In this document: positions 1 to 14,230 of the stretch, one piece after another
Position numbering within the stretch: position 1 is the stretch's first letter
Layout of the letters: each line of letters opens with the position of its first letter
DNA from: Felis catus
Lineage: Eukaryota
Length of the DNA: 64,000 nt
Assembly: GCF_018350175.1 (NCBI RefSeq)
Contig: NC_058373.1
Location: forward strand, 106,022,001-106,086,000
Direction: 5' to 3'
The notes under the pieces: generated by a model
Seen by the model: only the letters and a program-made list of their open reading frames with translations
The model's database searches: none
What the model was told of the DNA's origin: nothing
Translations under genes and position numbers: made by a program

Positions 1-1278
1 CTCGGTCATTTTATCCGTTGTACTTGGAATCCTCCCTTCCCCCGCCTTCAATTCCCAAAATTACTCAGGAATTTCAGGCTGTTTCTTGATGCGTGTTATA
101 GGAGCTCAGGACCAGTTACATCTTTTAGTTATGATTTTTTTGGCTTATGGATGAAGAACCATATCTATATGTATTTCTTTTTAAAATAAGATCCCTGAAA
201 ATGCAGCATTTTTTTTTTCTCTCCTGCCCAATTTTAAATGAACCCACTGGAAACATCCTACAGCTGCTATTTATTTGATTACACAATGGGATATTTAAAA
301 ACTAAACTAAACCAAATGAAAGCTCACTTAGAATGTATATACAGGTTGTTTTCGGGAAAGATGGGCATTTTTTGCATGTGGAAGAAAAAGTCATCAAGTC
401 TCTTGCCATCTTTGAAATAATCAGATGCTTTGAGTTTATTCCCATATGGACACTCGTTATGTTAAATCCTCTATGGATAGACACCTTTGTACCTTCAGAG
501 AGCAGAATGACATACAAGCATTGTATCTGGCTTTTTTTATCCTCAGGACCCCCAGAGCCTAGAGCAGGGTGTGGCCCAGAGTGGGTGCTCAGTAAATGCT
601 TGTGGTCCAGACGAGTAATTACTGAAGGTTAATGCTTGAGATGCTCAGTAACTATTTGCATACATGCATGCATGCATATATGCATGAATTAATGACTGCT
701 GAATCCTCCAGCAATTGGGTATGTATTCTGAATTATTCTCAAAGTAGTAGTATGGATTCGGGCTGATCCCTGCACCCTTTCTGTCCCCCATCCACCTCTT
801 TGTCATTCTCTTTACTCATCTTCTTCATTTGGATGTCAGTTACTCTGGGAGCATGAAAGTGGCTGGCATCAACAGATTGAAAGGATATGTTGATAGGGTT
901 TAAGAATTATTTTTTGTCCTTAATAGTCTCTATCATATATGACATGGTAAAATACATAGCTGCAGTATGGGAGAAGTGACCCTTTGTGCTAAATAACTTT
1001 TGACCCAAATAAAACTTAAAAGTGTCATCTGAGCTGCCTAAAAGTCTCTGAAGGGCATGCTGAGCAGGTGTGAGAGGGGCCTGGGCTGGCAAGAGTCATT
1101 GAGGGAGGGGGCTCGTGTGGAACTTGGTTTCACGGTTGCCCACAGGGCCTTAGGGTGCCTTTCTAGGAGCCAAAGCCCCTCCATTCGGTGAGGGAGATAC
1201 TGCTAAGAAATTCTCCCAATTAAGCCTTGTCAACAGAAGTTGTACCAGGTTATAGGTATAAAAGCTGGGTGTTTGGCT

Positions 1279-1490
1279 GGGGTGCCTGGATGGCTCGGTC
1301 TGACTTCAGCTCAGGTTATGATCTCACAGTTGGTGATTTCAAGCCCTGCGTCAGGCCTTGGGCTGACAGCTCAGAGCCTGGAGCCTGCTTCAGATTCTGT
1401 CTACCTCTCTCTCTGCCCCTCCCTCATTCACACTCTGTCTCTCTCTCTCTCTGAAAAATAAATAAACATTAAAAATATTTTTTAAAAAAA
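1279..1490 (+). mobile_element. CAN-SINE (tRNA-derived, older copy)
   Basis: ggggtgcctgg head, gctgacagctcagagcctggagcc body, (CT)n, aataaa/A-rich tail. Confidence 0.9.
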
Positions 1491-1606
1491 CTGGATATTT
1501 GGGTGGCTGGGTCTCCCTCATTCACACTCTGTCTCTCTCTCTCTCTGAAAAATAAATAAACATTAAAAATATTTTTTAAAAAAACTGGATATTTGGGTGG
1601 CTGGGT
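1419..1606 (+). repeat. Perfect 2 x 94-bp tandem duplication (SINE tail plus flank)
   Basis: 1419-1512 is identical to 1513-1606 by eye. Confidence 0.9.
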
Positions 1607-2147
1607 GGATACTGGGAGATGATTATGACATATATTTAGAACAGATTTATTTATTGTAGATTCCTGGAAAACTGCTGGTGATGTATACTAATAAAAGTTA
1701 ACATTGCTCCGAGTTTCTGGTTGAAATAACACAAAGAAGCTAAATAAGCCCCAGGTTTAGCGGCAGATTTTTTCTAGCGAACTGGATATAGTTTTCATTG
1801 TCTATTCTTAAAGGAAATAGTGTAAAACACTTAACCATTGGTAGTAAGAAACTAAAAATTATTTCTATTAGTCAGCCTTTGCTTGTAGGATCTCACTTCT
1901 TATTTTTATATATCGAGTGAAAACATGTCTGTCAGACACAGAGAACATTACTGTGTAGGTGGTGGTGAGTCATATTGTGGTATTTCATGTAATGACTAAT
2001 AGGGTTTGCAGAAATCTTACCGGCCGAAAACCTTCAAGGTTCATTCTCTGTGTGTACACATCCATTTTGGGATTTAAAGCATGCAGTTGTTTCCATTTAT
2101 TTTTTTTTCCTGACCAATTAGGAGCAGGTAATAAGTCACCGAATATA

Positions 2148-2385
<238 letters not shown>

Positions 2386-2424
2386 ATTTTTGAGGAGAAA
2401 TCTACAAAATCCTTTTAAAAAAAA

Positions 2425-3110
2425 TTTTAAATATAATTTATTGTCTAGTTGGCTAACAGACAGTGTATACAGTGTGCTCTTGGTTTTCAGGGCAGATTCC
2501 CGTGGTTCATCGCTTCCATACAACACCCAGTGTTCATCCCAACAAGTGCCCTCCTCACTGTCCATCACCCATTTTCCCCTCTTCCCCACCCTACATCAAC
2601 CCTTAGTTTGTTCTCTGTATTGAAGAGTCTCTTATGTTTGCCTCCCTCCCTCTCTGTTTGTAACTATTTTTGTCCCTTTCCCTCCCCCCATGGTCTTCTG
2701 TTAAGTTTCTCAAGTTCCACATATGAACGAAAACCTATATCTGTCTTTCTCTGACTGACTTATTTCACTCAGCATAATACCTTCCAGTTCCATCCACATT
2801 GCTGCAAATGGCAGGATTTCATTCTTTCTCATTGCCAAGTAGTATTCCAGTGTATATACAAACCACATCTTCTTTATCCATTCGTCAGTTGATGGACATT
2901 TGGGCTCTTTCCATAATTTGGCTATTGTTGAAAGCGCTGCTGTAAACATTGAGGTACATGTGCCCCTATGAATTAGCACTCCTGTATCCTTTGGATAAAT
3001 TCCTAGTAGTGCTATTGCTGGGTCATAGGGTAGTTCTATTTTTAATTTTTTGAGGAACCTCCACACTGTTTTCCAGAACGGCTGCACCAGTTTGCATTCC
3101 CACCAACAGT
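2425..3110 (-). mobile_element. 5'-truncated carnivore LINE-1 (ORF2 C-terminus plus 3' UTR)
   Basis: ORF 2710-3087 ([28 protein letters not shown]...KLWKEPKCPS) is the L1 ORF2 C-terminus, followed by a carnivore L1 3' UTR. Confidence 0.95.
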
Positions 3111-5003
3111 ACTTACATTTAAACTGACAAATATGGTATCTAACTTTCAGATTTCAAACCACCACAGTGAAAGTACAATATTGTTTCTCATGGTCATGAT
3201 GGTTAAATTTTAAGAGTTGAATTGGCAATCTGTGACCTATGGATGTGACGGTCACTTTCTGTGCTGGTAAAGGACATTCATAAATTTGATGAAATAGCTC
3301 AGCCTAATAGAACATTTTTTTCTATACATGCGTAAAATTGTAATTTGGCCTTTTCCCCAAGGTGCACTTATCACCGTGTCATATGACTTAAGGCCTAGTC
3401 ACTTGTCCCTCCGAGTGTTTGACTTATTTCTGGTTATATTGAGTTATGGGATGGAAGGCGAAGGTTAAAAATCCAGAAAAGACACCGCTAACATAGCGTG
3501 TATGTGAGGTGAACTTGAGGATTGCTGCCTACAGGGCATGTGGGGAAACCTTTTGTGGGTGGGGCTAGGGTGGGCGAATTGGGTCTACATGCTGTGGGCA
3601 AATACCTGAAGCGTGTAATCTGAAGGAGAAAACTTAGCTTTGTCTGAGTTATGGTTAGAAATTCTGTGAGGTCTGTACATTGAGTCAGAGGGTGGGTCAC
3701 CTTGTCAAGGACTATTAAAGAGCAAAACCAAACACAAACACAAAAGAGTGAGTTGATTGGCAGGGTGACCCCAGGGACCTCTCTTCTCGTCTCCTCACTT
3801 TTTAAATTCTCCCTTCTCCACCGCATCAATTGCATGTCCTTCTACCTCTGCGGGAAGATGTATTAGTATGTATGTAAAGAGTTAGCTTAACTCATTAGAA
3901 ATAGAAACCCAGAATTCCTTTATTAGAGATTTCTCTGGTTAGCTGGAAACTTACTTGTTGGCTCACTGAAATCTATTGATTTGGTGGATTTTCAAAGAAT
4001 GAATGCTTTCAATACTGTTTTGGAGGTTTTATAAATAACTCTATATTTCAGTTTAGCTAAATATCTGGAAAAGCTCTTTCAACCCATTCAAGACCCTTAT
4101 TGTATATTATTTCAAAATTCCTTCCTTTGCTTTATCTAGCAAATCAATCCATTTCCTTAGATTTATTTATACTGTGCCAATTGTTTTGTGATTTATGTAG
4201 ATTTCTGTATAGTGTTGCCCGCTTATGCAGAGCGTAGGACTGGTGAGATTTCTTTGTACAGAACCTTTTAGAAGTGGGTCTTAATTACATGCTTTGTTAG
4301 GGAACTTTAGTTCCCACAGCTGGGCTTCCCTCAGAGGTCTTTTCCTCTTAAAATATATATAATATTTTTCATATATATAAAAATATATAATTTATACCTT
4401 TTCCCCAAGATACTATATGAAATACATATAAAGATATTAAAAACATAATTAAAATGTTCTCTAAGAAGAAAAGCCTAGAGGGTTTTGTTTGCTGGTTTTA
4501 GTTTTCAAGAAGCTTGAGCACTGTGGGGAGAGGACTGATGCTTGGTGGAAATGTTTCTTCTTTTAGCACTGGCCAAATTATTTTCCTTCAGTTAACTGAA
4601 AACTCTGTCCAACAAAGAATAATGCGAAAGAATATTCTGTGGCCAGTGAAAGGAGCTGGGCCATCCGGAGCAGGAAAGAAGTTCGTTCTATTTGTCTTGG
4701 CATGAATTGCAAAACAGTTGTTTTGGGGAAAAGAGTATGTGACTTAGCATGATTGCAACAAAACAAAACAAAAGCAGTAAGGTGATCTAGAAGCATCTGG
4801 GATGTTCCCTGGAACTGGGCTAATTACATTTATTAATCTTAGTGGAAAACTTGCTTATTAATTCACAGAGGCCCAGAGGAGCAAGTACTCTATAGCACCA
4901 CCAGTAGGGAAAATTGGGGGGAAAAAACCCAAAACTGAAAAAGTTCTTGAAACTTTATCGTTACATTTAACACATCATTTAATTTAATATTAAGGGACTT
5001 TAA

Positions 5004-5227
5004 GGGTGCCTGGGTGGCTCAGTCGGTTGAGCGTCCAACTTGGGCTCAGGCCATGATCTCGTGGTCTGTGAGTTCGAGCCCCGCGCTGGGCTCTGAGCTG
5101 TTGGCACAGCTCAGAGCCTGGAGCCGGCTTTGGATTCTGTGTCTCCTTCTCTCTCTCTGTCCCTCCCCCACTCATGCTCTGTCTCTCTCTGTCAAAAATA
5201 AAAATTAAAAAAAATAATAAAAAAAAA
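5004..5227 (+). mobile_element. CAN-SINE
   Basis: Full SINE body; TSD aatattaagggac on both sides. Confidence 0.93.
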
Positions 5228-5584
5228 TATTAAGGGACCTTAGGGGAAATACTATCTCTTGGTCTAAATGGAATGCATATTAATAGAATCTATATAATTC
5301 TGATAAAGATATTTCATAGAAGTGATCTTTGGTTTCAAACAGAAGTTGTGTGTGAAATTTTAACAGTTCCCAGAGTGAGCTGCTTATCCTAAAGGAGAAC
5401 ACAGTTTCCTTCTCTTCACATTTCTTTGCAATCCGTTTTTCTTCTAAACCAACTCCTTAGTTTATCTAATATTCAATCAGAAATTTCTTTCCTTCCAGCG
5501 TACACAGACTATATTTTCTCTACTCTGAACTTTTTGTTTTCCTCGGGGCTCCAACAAGCAAGCTTGACTTTGTTGTTGTTGTTG

Positions 5585-5820
5585 TTTAGCAGTTTAGATG
5601 TAATTTACATGCTATGGAATTCACCTTTTGTAAGCGAACAGTCCAGTGAGTTTTAGCAAATGTATACAGCTATGCCGCTATGACCACACTCCTGCTTCAG
5701 AACATTTCTAGCACCCTGCCCATCTGCAGTCAGCCCCTGCTCCTCCCTCTAGCCCCGCACAGCCACCAATCTGCCCTCTGCCCCATAAATGTACATTTTC
5801 TAAAAATCTCCTGTAAAGAG
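5585..5820 (-). mobile_element. Old mammalian L1 (L1M) 3'-end fragment
   Basis: Resembles the antisense L1M 3' UTR (gtgagttttagcaaatgtatacag...cagaacatttc...accaatctgc). Confidence 0.6.
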
Positions 5821-6159
5821 ATACTCTCTGAGATAAAGTGATCCTAACTGTTTTGTTTTCCATGATTGCCTCTTTCAGTCTTTGAATTAAGTATAAAAAT
5901 GAAAAATCTCTGTAATCTGTAATATTGCTTTGAAGTAATGGCAGACCTTGAAGGGCCTAATATGTCAAGATGATTTGCCAATTAGTTTGCATTCCATTCT
6001 TTTTCCTTCTTCCATCAACTGTGGCTTAATTCCCTTCCTTGTCCAGCAGTATATCTAAATGAGTACAAGTAGCTGGAAAAAAGAGAAGGCAAAAGCCATC
6101 CAGCTTTTTTGTGTCTAAAGAAGGACCCCAGGAGTCCGGTCTAGGAGATGTGGAGTAAG

Positions 6160-6460
6160 ATTCAAACATAGAAGCTTAAACTACAACTGGGCAGTTTCCA
6201 TGCGGAACCACAGAATACTTTTTTGACCTGAAAGTTGCAAAGATTTCTCAGAGAAGACCAAAAGCACTAACTCTGAAAGAAAAGAATATTAATCACTTAG
6301 ACATCATTAAAATTAAAAACACCTAGTGATCAAAATAGATTGTTAACAAAGTAAAAAGGCAAGCTACAGGCTAGGAGAAATAGTCTCTCTTCTGTTGCCA
6401 GACTGAAAATTGTATTCTTAAGATCTGTACATTTCACCATATGTACATTTTACCCACCAG
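6160..6460 (+). mobile_element. Old L1M fragments
   Basis: Degenerate ORF2-like A-rich segment (catcattaaaattaaaaac...aaaggcaagctacaggctaggagaaa) and 3'-end motif gtacatttcaccatatgtacatttt. Confidence 0.55.
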
Positions 6461-7829
6461 AAAAGGTGAAGGGGGCATTAATCTTTGAAATACATTGAGC
6501 ATTACTATACATACTATAGTTTATTATATATAAACTTATACTATATATTATATATTATATATGCATACTATATATTACTATACATACTATACTATACTGT
6601 TCTTACAATAGTCCCTTCTCTTCCTCCTAGCTTCCTCAACTTCCCTCACCTTACGTTTTTGGGGGGCAGGGGGTGGGGAATCCAGCTATATCAGGTATTG
6701 TTTCAGACACCATAATTACTTAATAGCAACAACGAATAGAACAAATTCAGTTCCTGCCCTCTGGGAATGAGTCCAGAATGGGAGTCAGACGTGCCAATAA
6801 TATAACAGTAGCAATGTGATGAATGCTGTAAGGATAGGTGAAAATAGATGAGCTGCCCTCTCTAGGAAAGTGAGGATAGGCTATCTGGAGGGGAAAAGTT
6901 GACACCTTGTAAAAGGTTAGATGAATAGGACTGATCCTTAGAAATGGTGGGAAGGGCTCTCTGAAAAAAGGGAACGGCATGTGGAAAACTTTCAGAAGTG
7001 GGCAGCTTGTGATCAGACCTGCTAAAAGGTGGCCGCTGGTAGTGGTGGAGGGGGAGGGGAAGGAGAGGAGACAAGTCAGCCTATCACAAAGGGCCTCTAC
7101 CTACCTCCTGAGGAATTTTGGACTTGATCCTGAAAGGAAAGGGAACCATTGAAGCTTTCTATCATCTTTGTCTTCCTAACTAGATTCTTAAATTCCATGA
7201 AATCGGGGCCTGTTATTCATCTTTGTATTCTTTATAATGTCTGGCCCGGGTCCTGGAATGGGTAGGACAGCGAGTGTTGATTGATCTCTAAGGCTGTAAT
7301 AGTCTTGTAAGAGTTTCACATGCTTGATTCAGCCATGTTATGAAAATGGAATGAGTCAGAGGAGAGATACTTTTGGAATGGAGGGATGGGGGTCTTCTTA
7401 CACTCTGGACATTGTGCTTAGGCACTCCCAGTCATTATCTAATTTAATCTATGTCATTCTTACTCAGAATCTGCCAGTGACCTCTGGTTGCTCCTAAGAG
7501 AAAGACCAGAGTTCATATTGTCCTTCAAGGCTACTGTTCCGTGTCCCCTCTGCTTGTTACCTATTTGGTTCTTAGTCATCTGAACTTTGACCTCACTTCC
7601 TTGGGACAGCCCTTCACTGCTCTGCCTTTCTGCACAAGTGGGCTGTCAGATCTCAGCATCTTGTGTGATCATACCTCAGTTCATGTGATTATTTGATTTC
7701 CCTTCTTAAGAATTTGCGCTCTGTGGTACTTTTTTGTCTCTTGGATGTAGCGTAATGCCTAGCATTGAATAAAGCCTGAAAACAAGTTGTTGGCTGCATG
7801 AATGAATCCTTGAGAGGACTCTCTCAGAT

Positions 7830-7942
7830 AGATGCTGTCATTCTCATTTTCCAGGTGAAGAAACTGAAGTTTGGAGGTTAAGTCACTTGTCCAAGTTTGC
7901 ATGACCCATAAGAGCCAGGCCTGGAACTCAGGGGTGTCTGAC
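7830..7942 (-). mobile_element. MIR fragment
   Basis: Core cattttccaggtgaagaaactgaag...aagtcacttgtccaag. Confidence 0.65.
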
Positions 7943-8069
7943 GACGACATCTTCCTCTCTCTGCTAACGGAAGTTTAGTAGGCCGTGAGTGCAGCAGATG
8001 GATACATTTTCATATTTGCGTCAGTGCCATGATTTTACCTACTTGTCGAATGATCACCAGAATGAACGG

Positions 8070-8545
8070 TCTAGTGGTTAGGAACGTGGACTCTGTAAAC
8101 AGACAGTCTAGACTTCAGTTCCTTCTCCACCATTCGCTAGCTTTGTTACCTTGAGCAAGCTATTTAATCTTTCTACGATTCAGTTTCCTTAAAAATGCGG
8201 TAACAGGGGCGCCTGGGTGGCACAGTCGGTTAAGCGTCCGACTTCAGCCAGGTCACGATCTCGCGGTCCGTGAGTTCGAACCCCGCGTCGGGCTCTGGGT
8301 TGATGGCTCAGAGCCTGGAGCCTGTTTCCGATTCTGTGTCTCCCTCTCTCTCTGCCCCTCCCCCGTTCATGCTCTGTCTCTCTCTGTCCCAAAAATAAAT
8401 AAACGTTGAAAAAAAAAAAATTAAAAAAAAAATGCAGTAACAGTGCCCACTTTATAGCATTGTTGTGAAAATAAACTAAATTAATTCCTACAAAACAGTA
8501 CTAAGCATATAGAACGTGCTCAGTAATTGTTAGCTATTACTATTA
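8070..8545 (+). mobile_element. MIR interrupted by a young CAN-SINE
   Basis: MIR motifs (gttaccttgagcaag...cagtttcct / gtgctcagtaattgttagctatt) on both sides of the SINE. Confidence 0.7.
8206..8432 (+). mobile_element. Young felid CAN-SINE (SINEC_Fc-like)
   Basis: CpG-rich intact body with A/B boxes; TSD aaaaatgc(g/a)gtaaca at 8191-8205 and 8428-8442. Confidence 0.95.
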
Positions 8546-9724
8546 CCAGTATTCATTTATTTCTTCCCCACTTTTTTACTGTAATCCAAAGTTATATCCA
8601 GAGACCCTATAGCAGTTTATTTTTTATTTTATGCAAAGTGTCTTCTTGCATAAAACCATCTGCTTCTAAGTCCTATTCGACTGTGTTCTCTCAATTCAAA
8701 ATTGGTCATTTGTGTGTCTCAAAACTGAGGGAGCATTTTTCTACCTCTAACAGCAAAATATAGTAATATTAATACTCTTTGCTGTGAATCTGTAGGTTTT
8801 AGGACTCACATGTTTGTTCACATCTCCGCTCAGTTAGCAAAAACAGTGCTGTAGTATAGTAAAGGATGCAACACAAGGAGTGCTGTTCTCTCCTACAAAT
8901 CACAAACCTTCTCCCCAAACTAGGCACCATATTATCGAGCTGTTTGGATATCCAACCTGGCCAACCCCTGCATCTGCCCCCCCCCCCCACCCCAAGTAAT
9001 TTATGTCACCATTATTTTCCCCATTCATCAATAGGTGAGAGCAGGCGTGGCTTCTAGGAAATTAAAAAAGGAAGGAAGTAAGAAAAATTCTCATTTCACA
9101 TATATAATAGTTGCATGCCAAAATTTTAACATTTTAGCATGTTTCCTGATAATGCAATTTTTGGTGTAAATATCTTTTGTCCCTTCTCTGGTTGTTCATT
9201 GCCAAAATTCGTAATTAGTTTCTTGTGGTTAGGGTGTAATATGTGTGGGTGTGCATTTAAGTGACTGAACTGTTTACCTTGCTCTTAAAAGAAAATGGCA
9301 CCTGATTTATGTTTAAATGACGAAGGAGATAACAACACTGCAGCTCCTCAGCTACCCGCCCTGTGCTGAGCTTTATTCCATACCTAGCTGATGTTGCTAA
9401 TTTCACAACAGCCCTGCAAGAGAAATGATAGACCCATCCTGGAGACGAGGCAGTAGGTCTTAACGAGATTGAGAACTTCCCCAGGAAGCTAGTAGCACAT
9501 ATCTGGGTATGCAGCCCAGAGTGGCTAGGCCCTGGAGGTGCCGGGTTAACAGAACAGGGCAGAAGGGATAACCAGAAGCAAGCCTGGCAAAGTGACTTGG
9601 GGCTTATAAATGGAAGACCTCAAGGGTGAGCTGAGGAATATGTAATTACTTTTGTAGGCATGTGGAACTAATGAAGTTGTTTGAACTGGGAGCTCAGGAC
9701 AGTACAGGAGCTCTATTTTTAAGG

Positions 9725-9898
9725 CAGTCGTTTTAAAATGTGGTCCCCGGACCAGCAACATCAGCACCACTTGGAAACTTTTTAGATAGTCACATTTTCA
9801 CACATCCTCCTACTGACTCAATCCTTAACACGGGGTGATCAATGATTTCAGGAGTCCTCCAGGTGATTCTGATGTTCTCTCAGGTTTAAGTACCACTG
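9725..9898 (+). mobile_element. MER5A (hAT-Charlie MITE)
   Basis: cagt...gtggtccccggaccagcaacatcagcaccacttggaaactt...caggtgattctgatg...accactg. Confidence 0.75.
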
Positions 9899-10036
9899 CT
9901 TTAATGAATTCTGGATGTGCCATTGGAAGGATTGGAAAGGCAAGGAGAAGTGGGCAGGCTATTGCCAGGAGTCAAGGGAGCAGCTATTAGAGTGTAAGTT
10001 TGGGTGGTTTCATTGGAAACTTTAGAAAGGAAAAAA

Positions 10037-10238
10037 GGGCACCTGGGGGGCTCAGTCTGTTAAGCATCCAACTCTTGGTTTCATCTCAGGCCGTGATCTC
10101 TCAGTTCGTGAGATCGAGCCCCGTATTGTCAATTCTCTCTCTGGGTTCTCCTTCTCCCTCTCTCTCTCTGCCCCTCCCCCACTTGTGCGTGCGCATTCTC
10201 TGTTTCTCTCTCAAAATAAATAATAAACTTTCAAAAAA
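10037..10238 (+). mobile_element. CAN-SINE (diverged)
   Basis: SINE head, (CT)n and aataaa tail. Confidence 0.85.
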
Positions 10239-11025
10239 TCCTGACACTTCTCAAGAAAGAAATAACAGAGCTTGTTGATAAACGGAGGTACAAGTATGAG
10301 ATATGAAGCTAGAGTCTACAAGTGGCAGAATTGCCGATAAATACCAAAGGCATTCAGGCAGGGGATGAGTTCATACTCCTCGGGGATCTAAACCTTATCG
10401 TGCCTTAACTTACAGCATCTTTTTATGTGTCCTACACCCACCAGCCTCTCAACTAGATAACTTTCCCTATGTAATAAAAATGTACCAGACGCTCAATGCC
10501 AGTAATAAGGACCAGGGATGATTGAGTTATTAAATGCCAAGAACTTATGTCTAAGCACTTTATATTTGTTATCCTACTGTTGTTATTCAGTAGTTACGGA
10601 TGTTTGTAAATTGCTCTCCCTTAGTGTCCAGTCTAAGGTTCGCTCCACTGTAAAATTCATGTTTCCAGGCACTGATCTGAGAGGCTGAGTCTGGGTCCTG
10701 GAGTCTGACAGCTATAGGCTGAAGACCAGCCCCATCATTTACCAGGTGCGTGGTCTGGAGCACGCTCCTTGCCCAGTCTCCCACCCGAATTTCCCCCAGT
10801 TGTATTACAACAGGCGTTGTTGTTACGAGGAGGTAATAATGAATGGAACTCCGAGTTGTTGTGGGAACTGAGAAAATGCCTGCACGGTGCTTGGCTCCAG
10901 AAGCACTGAATAAACATTAGTGGGGCCTGTGGCAGTGAAGATGCCACGCCCTTGTTCACAGCCGTCATTGGCTCTCCTTGGTCAAGAGAATAAACTCCTT
11001 ATTCTTTTTCCTAAGACTTTTCACA

Positions 11026-11253
11026 GGGTGCCTCAGCGGCTCAGTTGGTTAAGCATCTGACTCTTGGTTTCTGCTCAGGTCATGATCTCACGTTCCATGA
11101 GTTTGAACCCCACATCGGGCTCTGTGCTGACAGTGTGGAGCCTGCTTCGGATTCTCTCTCTCTCTCTGTCTCTGTCTCTCTGTCTCTCCCCATCCTCTGG
11201 TCTCTCTCTCTCTCAAAATAAATAAATAGACATTACAAAAAAAAAAAAAAAAA
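11026..11253 (+). mobile_element. CAN-SINE
   Basis: SINE body; TSD aagact(t/c)ttcaca. Confidence 0.92.
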
Positions 11254-11828
11254 GACTCTTCACAAACTGATCACTCCCAATCTCCCAAACCTTTTATGTG
11301 ATGATTCTTTGCATAATTCTGGTGTTTCGGCTAAGCTGATCTCTGTCCCCCAAACACACCTAGTCTGGTCTCGCACCCTGCCTTTGGTGCTGTTGCTCTC
11401 CTCTCCTTGTCATGTGCAAGTTCTTCAGGTCCAGCCTGATACTCAGTGTTGAGTGGAGCCACCCCCAGCAAACCCTCATCTACAATATGAGTAATCCTTC
11501 CAAACTCTGGAGCTTTGATGGCCTTTACTGCTCAACAGACCCCCCCCCCCCACCCCCCACAGCTGTACACACTGGCTCAGGATGATTCTGTGTGTGCTCA
11601 GCTCACTTTCCCACACCCTGCAGTAAGTGTAGGCTGAGCCTTGTCCTTCTTGCCATGCTTAATACTCAGCCCCGTGCCAGGGACGTGCCTTCTTAATGGT
11701 AACAGCATACACCTTACAGTCTCCCGTCTTTTCCAAGTTCATTGAGTTCTGCGTTGGTTTCTTTTTTTTTTTCCCCTCTGTAATGACCCTTGATAAACTC
11801 TCCTATAGGAATAACATTTAATCTCTGA

Positions 11829-12041
<213 letters not shown>

Positions 12042-12169
12042 TAATGTACAGACCAGATCGTGGCCTTGTTGCTACTTGGGGCAATGTGGTGATGCCTCAG
12101 ATGTTGTTTTTATCAGCACTTCATTGGACACCTTCCCATATCTCCTATACCTGTACCTGCTATTCATAG

Positions 12170-12535
12170 TCTTGTTACGACTGAGACCCAAAATAATATT
12201 GGCTTACACCAAGATCAAATGTTCTCTCTGTTTTTTACATAAAAGTTGGTATCTCGGTAGGTTAGGACTAGTATTCTGGGGTCTCACTCCTCTGTTCTTA
12301 CCTTCTAGCAACTTTCCGTTTCAGCATCTCTAAGGTGTGGCCTCATCCTCATGGTCCAAAGTGGCTGTCTGACCATTTCATATTCCAAACTGAGGATGTG
12401 GGAAAGGGAAAGAAGGCACAAACTTACCCACCTCCCCTCTTAGGGACATGTCCTAGGAGTCATCCACCTGAATTCCCTCACAGCCCACTGTTAATATGGC
12501 CCCAGCTGCAAGGAAATCGATCTTTATTCTGGGTT
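12170..12535. mobile_element. Possible degenerate MLT1 (ERVL-MaLR) LTR
   Basis: Motifs resembling old MLT1 LTRs (cctcatggtccaaagtggctg, agctgcaaggaa...ctttattctggg); weak. Confidence 0.4.
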
Positions 12536-14230
12536 CTGTTACCTTTGGAGAAGGGGAGAATGGATATCCTGTCCCGTGGTGCTAAGCATCACCGCATGGA
12601 CTGTATCTCCTGCAATAAAGTTCACTCTGCTATCTTTTACCCTGTGGCAAATTCTGAGACCATGTCCACCCCATTTTTGGAACCAATCAAGTTCATGACC
12701 GTCTTTTACCACTTTTTTCTTGTGTTCAGTAGAAACTTGAATCACGATGGGGTAAGCAGGAAGGGCAGGCTAGCACCTAGGAGAAATGGTACCTCTCTCT
12801 CTAACAGGCAGTGGACACTCGAGTTCCTCACTCTTGCCACAAGGAAATAAGAACAAACTATAGCAATCCAATTTCTTTTCAAGACACAATATCAGTCCGA
12901 GAAACTTTTCCTATGTGACTAGCGTGCATTGTGAGACCTCCATTTACCCATGTGAGTGTCTCTGAGCACCACTGCCCCTTTGCTGCCTTGTCTGATTGCT
13001 GTGCTGTCCTTCCAGAAACATGTCTGCAGTAGTGAGCCTGCGTGTGCCCCTCTCCAGCCAGACTTTGTGCCTCTGGGGGCGAGGCACCATGTCTTAGCTC
13101 ATCTTTGTAACTCCAGCATCGGACACGTTGAAATGAGTGCATGATGAGTGAACCACTAAGTTGTCACGAGTGTTATGCTGAACTGTCAAAAAAAAAAAAA
13201 AAATTAAAGCACAATTAGTTTTCCACCTGAGCAGTTACAATTGCTACAACTATGTGGGGGTTTGGTTCCAGGGGCCTTTGCTGAGAGACATATCCAGCTC
13301 TAACTTCTCCGTATGGTTTTCTAAGCTGCTACCAGATCAGACCAAGTTGTAGACCTAAGGATTCCGAATCTAGTAGTAACCAGGAAGATGTGTTTGTGAA
13401 TGATTGTGTCTTCTTCTTTTTTCTCTTTGTACTGTCTCTCTCTTATTGAACTGATTGTCATAGCTCAGGGACCAGGTATAATACACTGGGAAAGCATTTT
13501 GAAATTAAAATATGTTCAGTTCTGAAAGTGATGGTATTGTATGGTCTTTGAAAGCAAGGGAACTTTCACACAGGCATCTCAGGACCTGGCCCCTGGAACC
13601 AAGAAGGAAAAATCTTCAAGTTCCTTATGTGCCCAGAGGACATGTCTGTCTATTTTGGCTCATCCGAGTGCAGAGGTTTTTTTTTCTCAAAATTAGGAAA
13701 CAATATGAAGTGGGGACTGAGAAGATACACTGGAGGGAAGGAAAGGGCAGGAAAATGGGAGCAGCTTACTGAGGGGAAAGTTTTCTTCTTTCCCAGATTT
13801 TATTACACCCTTGACAGCAATTGTAAGTTAATCATGGAAACTGCTGCCCCTTAGACTAGAAAAGGCAAGTCCTGGAGGATAGTAATGACCTTGGACTTGG
13901 CAGCTGTTGCTCATTTTTCAATTTCCAGGCCTATCAAATCCCTTTGCAAACCCTGCCTCATGTGCACATGGTGAGGTTGCCTTGTTGTAGGAGGATAGAT
14001 AGGGATGTGGCCCCCGGCCTCTGCGTCCCATTTCTTGATGGATGGGCCCTTCCTACTAGTACCTGGCCAGGCTGCACAGACCTTTGGAAATGCGGTTCTC
14101 CTGCAGGCTTCAGCCCTGCAGCCTGGGTTCCTTACATGACAGCCAAGTTGTGGCTGAGTGGGAAAGCCATTTGAAGTCTTTGGGGATTCCCGTGGGGTTA
14201 TAGATCTGCCTCACTTTAAAATGTATGATA

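Noticed and set aside
657..690. Cluster of TGCATG motifs as an RBFOX enhancer
   Set aside because: It is a simple (TGCA)n-like repeat in what looks like an L2 tail, more than 11 kb from the nearest exon in the window
2710..3087. 125-aa ORF as a host gene
   Set aside because: It is an L1 ORF2 C-terminal remnant of a 5'-truncated element
8206..8290. tRNA-like heads with A/B boxes as tRNA genes
   Set aside because: They are the tRNA-derived heads of SINEs, each followed by (CT)n, poly-A and a TSD
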